Assembly (NCBI GenBank): GCA_030704615.1
Contig: CM060732.1
Coordinates: 45,942,001 to 46,006,000, forward strand
Direction of reading: 5' to 3'
Length of the DNA stretch: 64,000 bases
Source of the DNA: Takakia lepidozioides
Lineage: Eukaryota > Plantae > Bryophyta
Shown here: piece after piece, positions 63,919-64,000 of the stretch
Position numbering within the stretch: position 1 is the stretch's first letter
Layout: each line of letters opens with the position of its first letter
Translations under genes and position numbers: made by a program
Notes under the pieces: generated by a model
The model's input: only the letters and a program-made list of their open reading frames with translations
Told to the model about the DNA's origin: nothing
Database searches by the model: none

Positions 63919-64000
63919 ACTGAAACTGGAGGTTATCTCTAGCAATAAAATATTGTAGAATAACCATTCAGGGCCTTCCAAATGGAAGGCTGTAGCTTGG

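Overview
Eukaryotic nuclear DNA from a land plant, most likely seed-free such as a moss. This is inferred from the intronless, very regular PLS-class PPR-DYW gene and the mix of Tcn1-like chromovirus, CRE-, RTEX- and Dualen/RandI-like retroelements. A gene island at ~20-39 kb holds a frameshifted PLS-PPR pseudogene, a cyclophilin, an intact 989-aa PPR-DYW RNA-editing factor, a Dicer-like RNase III/dsRBD remnant and an intronless PC-esterase/NXPE-like gene. It is flanked by nested transposon debris: a long-TIR DNA element with palindrome arrays, a CRE-like retrotransposon with an inverted 5' half, L1 fragments, a Helitron with an AP-endonuclease domain, MITEs, tRNA-derived SINEs, and a full-length degenerate chromovirus inserted in a Dualen-like LINE. 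Most notable signals: (i) the chromovirus PBS is complementary to its own predicted transcript 5' end (Tf1-type self-priming); (ii) twin-priming-like 5' inversion in an RLE-type CRE element; (iii) a readable PPR code for the DYW editing factor; (iv) a PPR motif fragment embedded in a DNA transposon. All calls were made by eye and family assignments need HMM/BLAST confirmation.
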